Part shown: positions 63,712-64,000 of the stretch, piece by piece
Numbering within the stretch: position 1 is the stretch's first letter
Layout: every line of letters starts with the position of its first letter
Translations under genes and position numbers: made by a program
Notes under the pieces: model-generated
The model's input: only the letters and a program-made list of their open reading frames with translations
Told to the model about the DNA's origin: nothing
The model's database searches: none
NCBI GenBank assembly: GCA_965216875.1
Contig: OZ244207.1
Coordinates: 1,728,001 to 1,792,000 of the forward strand
DNA from: Rubripirellula sp.
GTDB taxonomy: Bacteria; Planctomycetota; Planctomycetia; Pirellulales; Pirellulaceae
DNA length: 64,000 nt
Direction: 5' to 3'

Positions 63712-63999
63712 TCATGGTTCGTCGACGTTTGGGCGCGAAGCTCCACTCTCGATCTGCACCAAGGGCGATTCAAGCACACCGACAACTGATCTTACACTTT
63801 TCATGAGCGCCAGATTGTTACGTTGTTCAACCGCAGATCGGGCGACGACAAAACTCAACTTACTCGATCGAACACATAATGGCACTTGGCCGTTTGAGTC
63901 AATGAGGCGGTTAGCGGGAACGACGACTAGATCTGCCTTGGGCGAGATAGTGCCTAGGTCATCTCCATCAATGATGTCTCCAGGGCCTAACACCTGGGC
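63712..63999 (-). CDS. Hypothetical protein, 5' end probably outside window
   Basis: Frame is open to the window edge; its end overlaps an attC-like motif. Confidence 0.4.
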   Translation of the reverse strand, partial: AQVLGPGDIIDGDDLGTISPKADLVVVPANRLIDSNGQVPLCVRSSKLSFVVARSAVEQRNNLALMKSVRSVVGVLESPLVQIESGASRPNVDEP

Positions 64000-64000
64000 A

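Noticed and set aside
1..64000. tRNA, rRNA, prophage or anti-phage defence genes
   Set aside because: None recognisable by eye; a covariance or HMM search was not possible.

Overview
This is a GC-rich bacterial chromosome segment with Planctomycetota (Pirellulales-like) hallmarks: a DUF1559 prepilin-type protein, a sulfatase, an ECF sigma factor paired with a Ser/Thr kinase, and a secretin-N-only protein. The taxon is inferred from gene content. Housekeeping genes include ispG, map, ahpC, xseA, dapF, tam and two FabF-like ketosynthases, plus a gspE/gspF locus. Several families of REP-like palindromes, most of them starting with GTAG, sit in intergenic mosaics. Main observations: (1) a redoxin gene with an in-frame TGA at the first Cys of its CxxC motif, followed by a SECIS-like hairpin, probably an unannotated selenoprotein; (2) a 58-64 kb array of co-oriented orphan genes, most ending in TAAC and followed by decayed attC-like sites; (3) a cNMP/4Fe-4S protein, membrane protein and decaheme cytochrome module next to a degenerate FHA-GGDEF gene; (4) a VTC-DUF4956-HlyD operon facing a TolC-like gene; (5) an IS1380 inserted at CTAG inside a REP-like palindrome; (6) several apparent pseudo-enzymes. 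Family calls come from motif recognition only; no searches were run.
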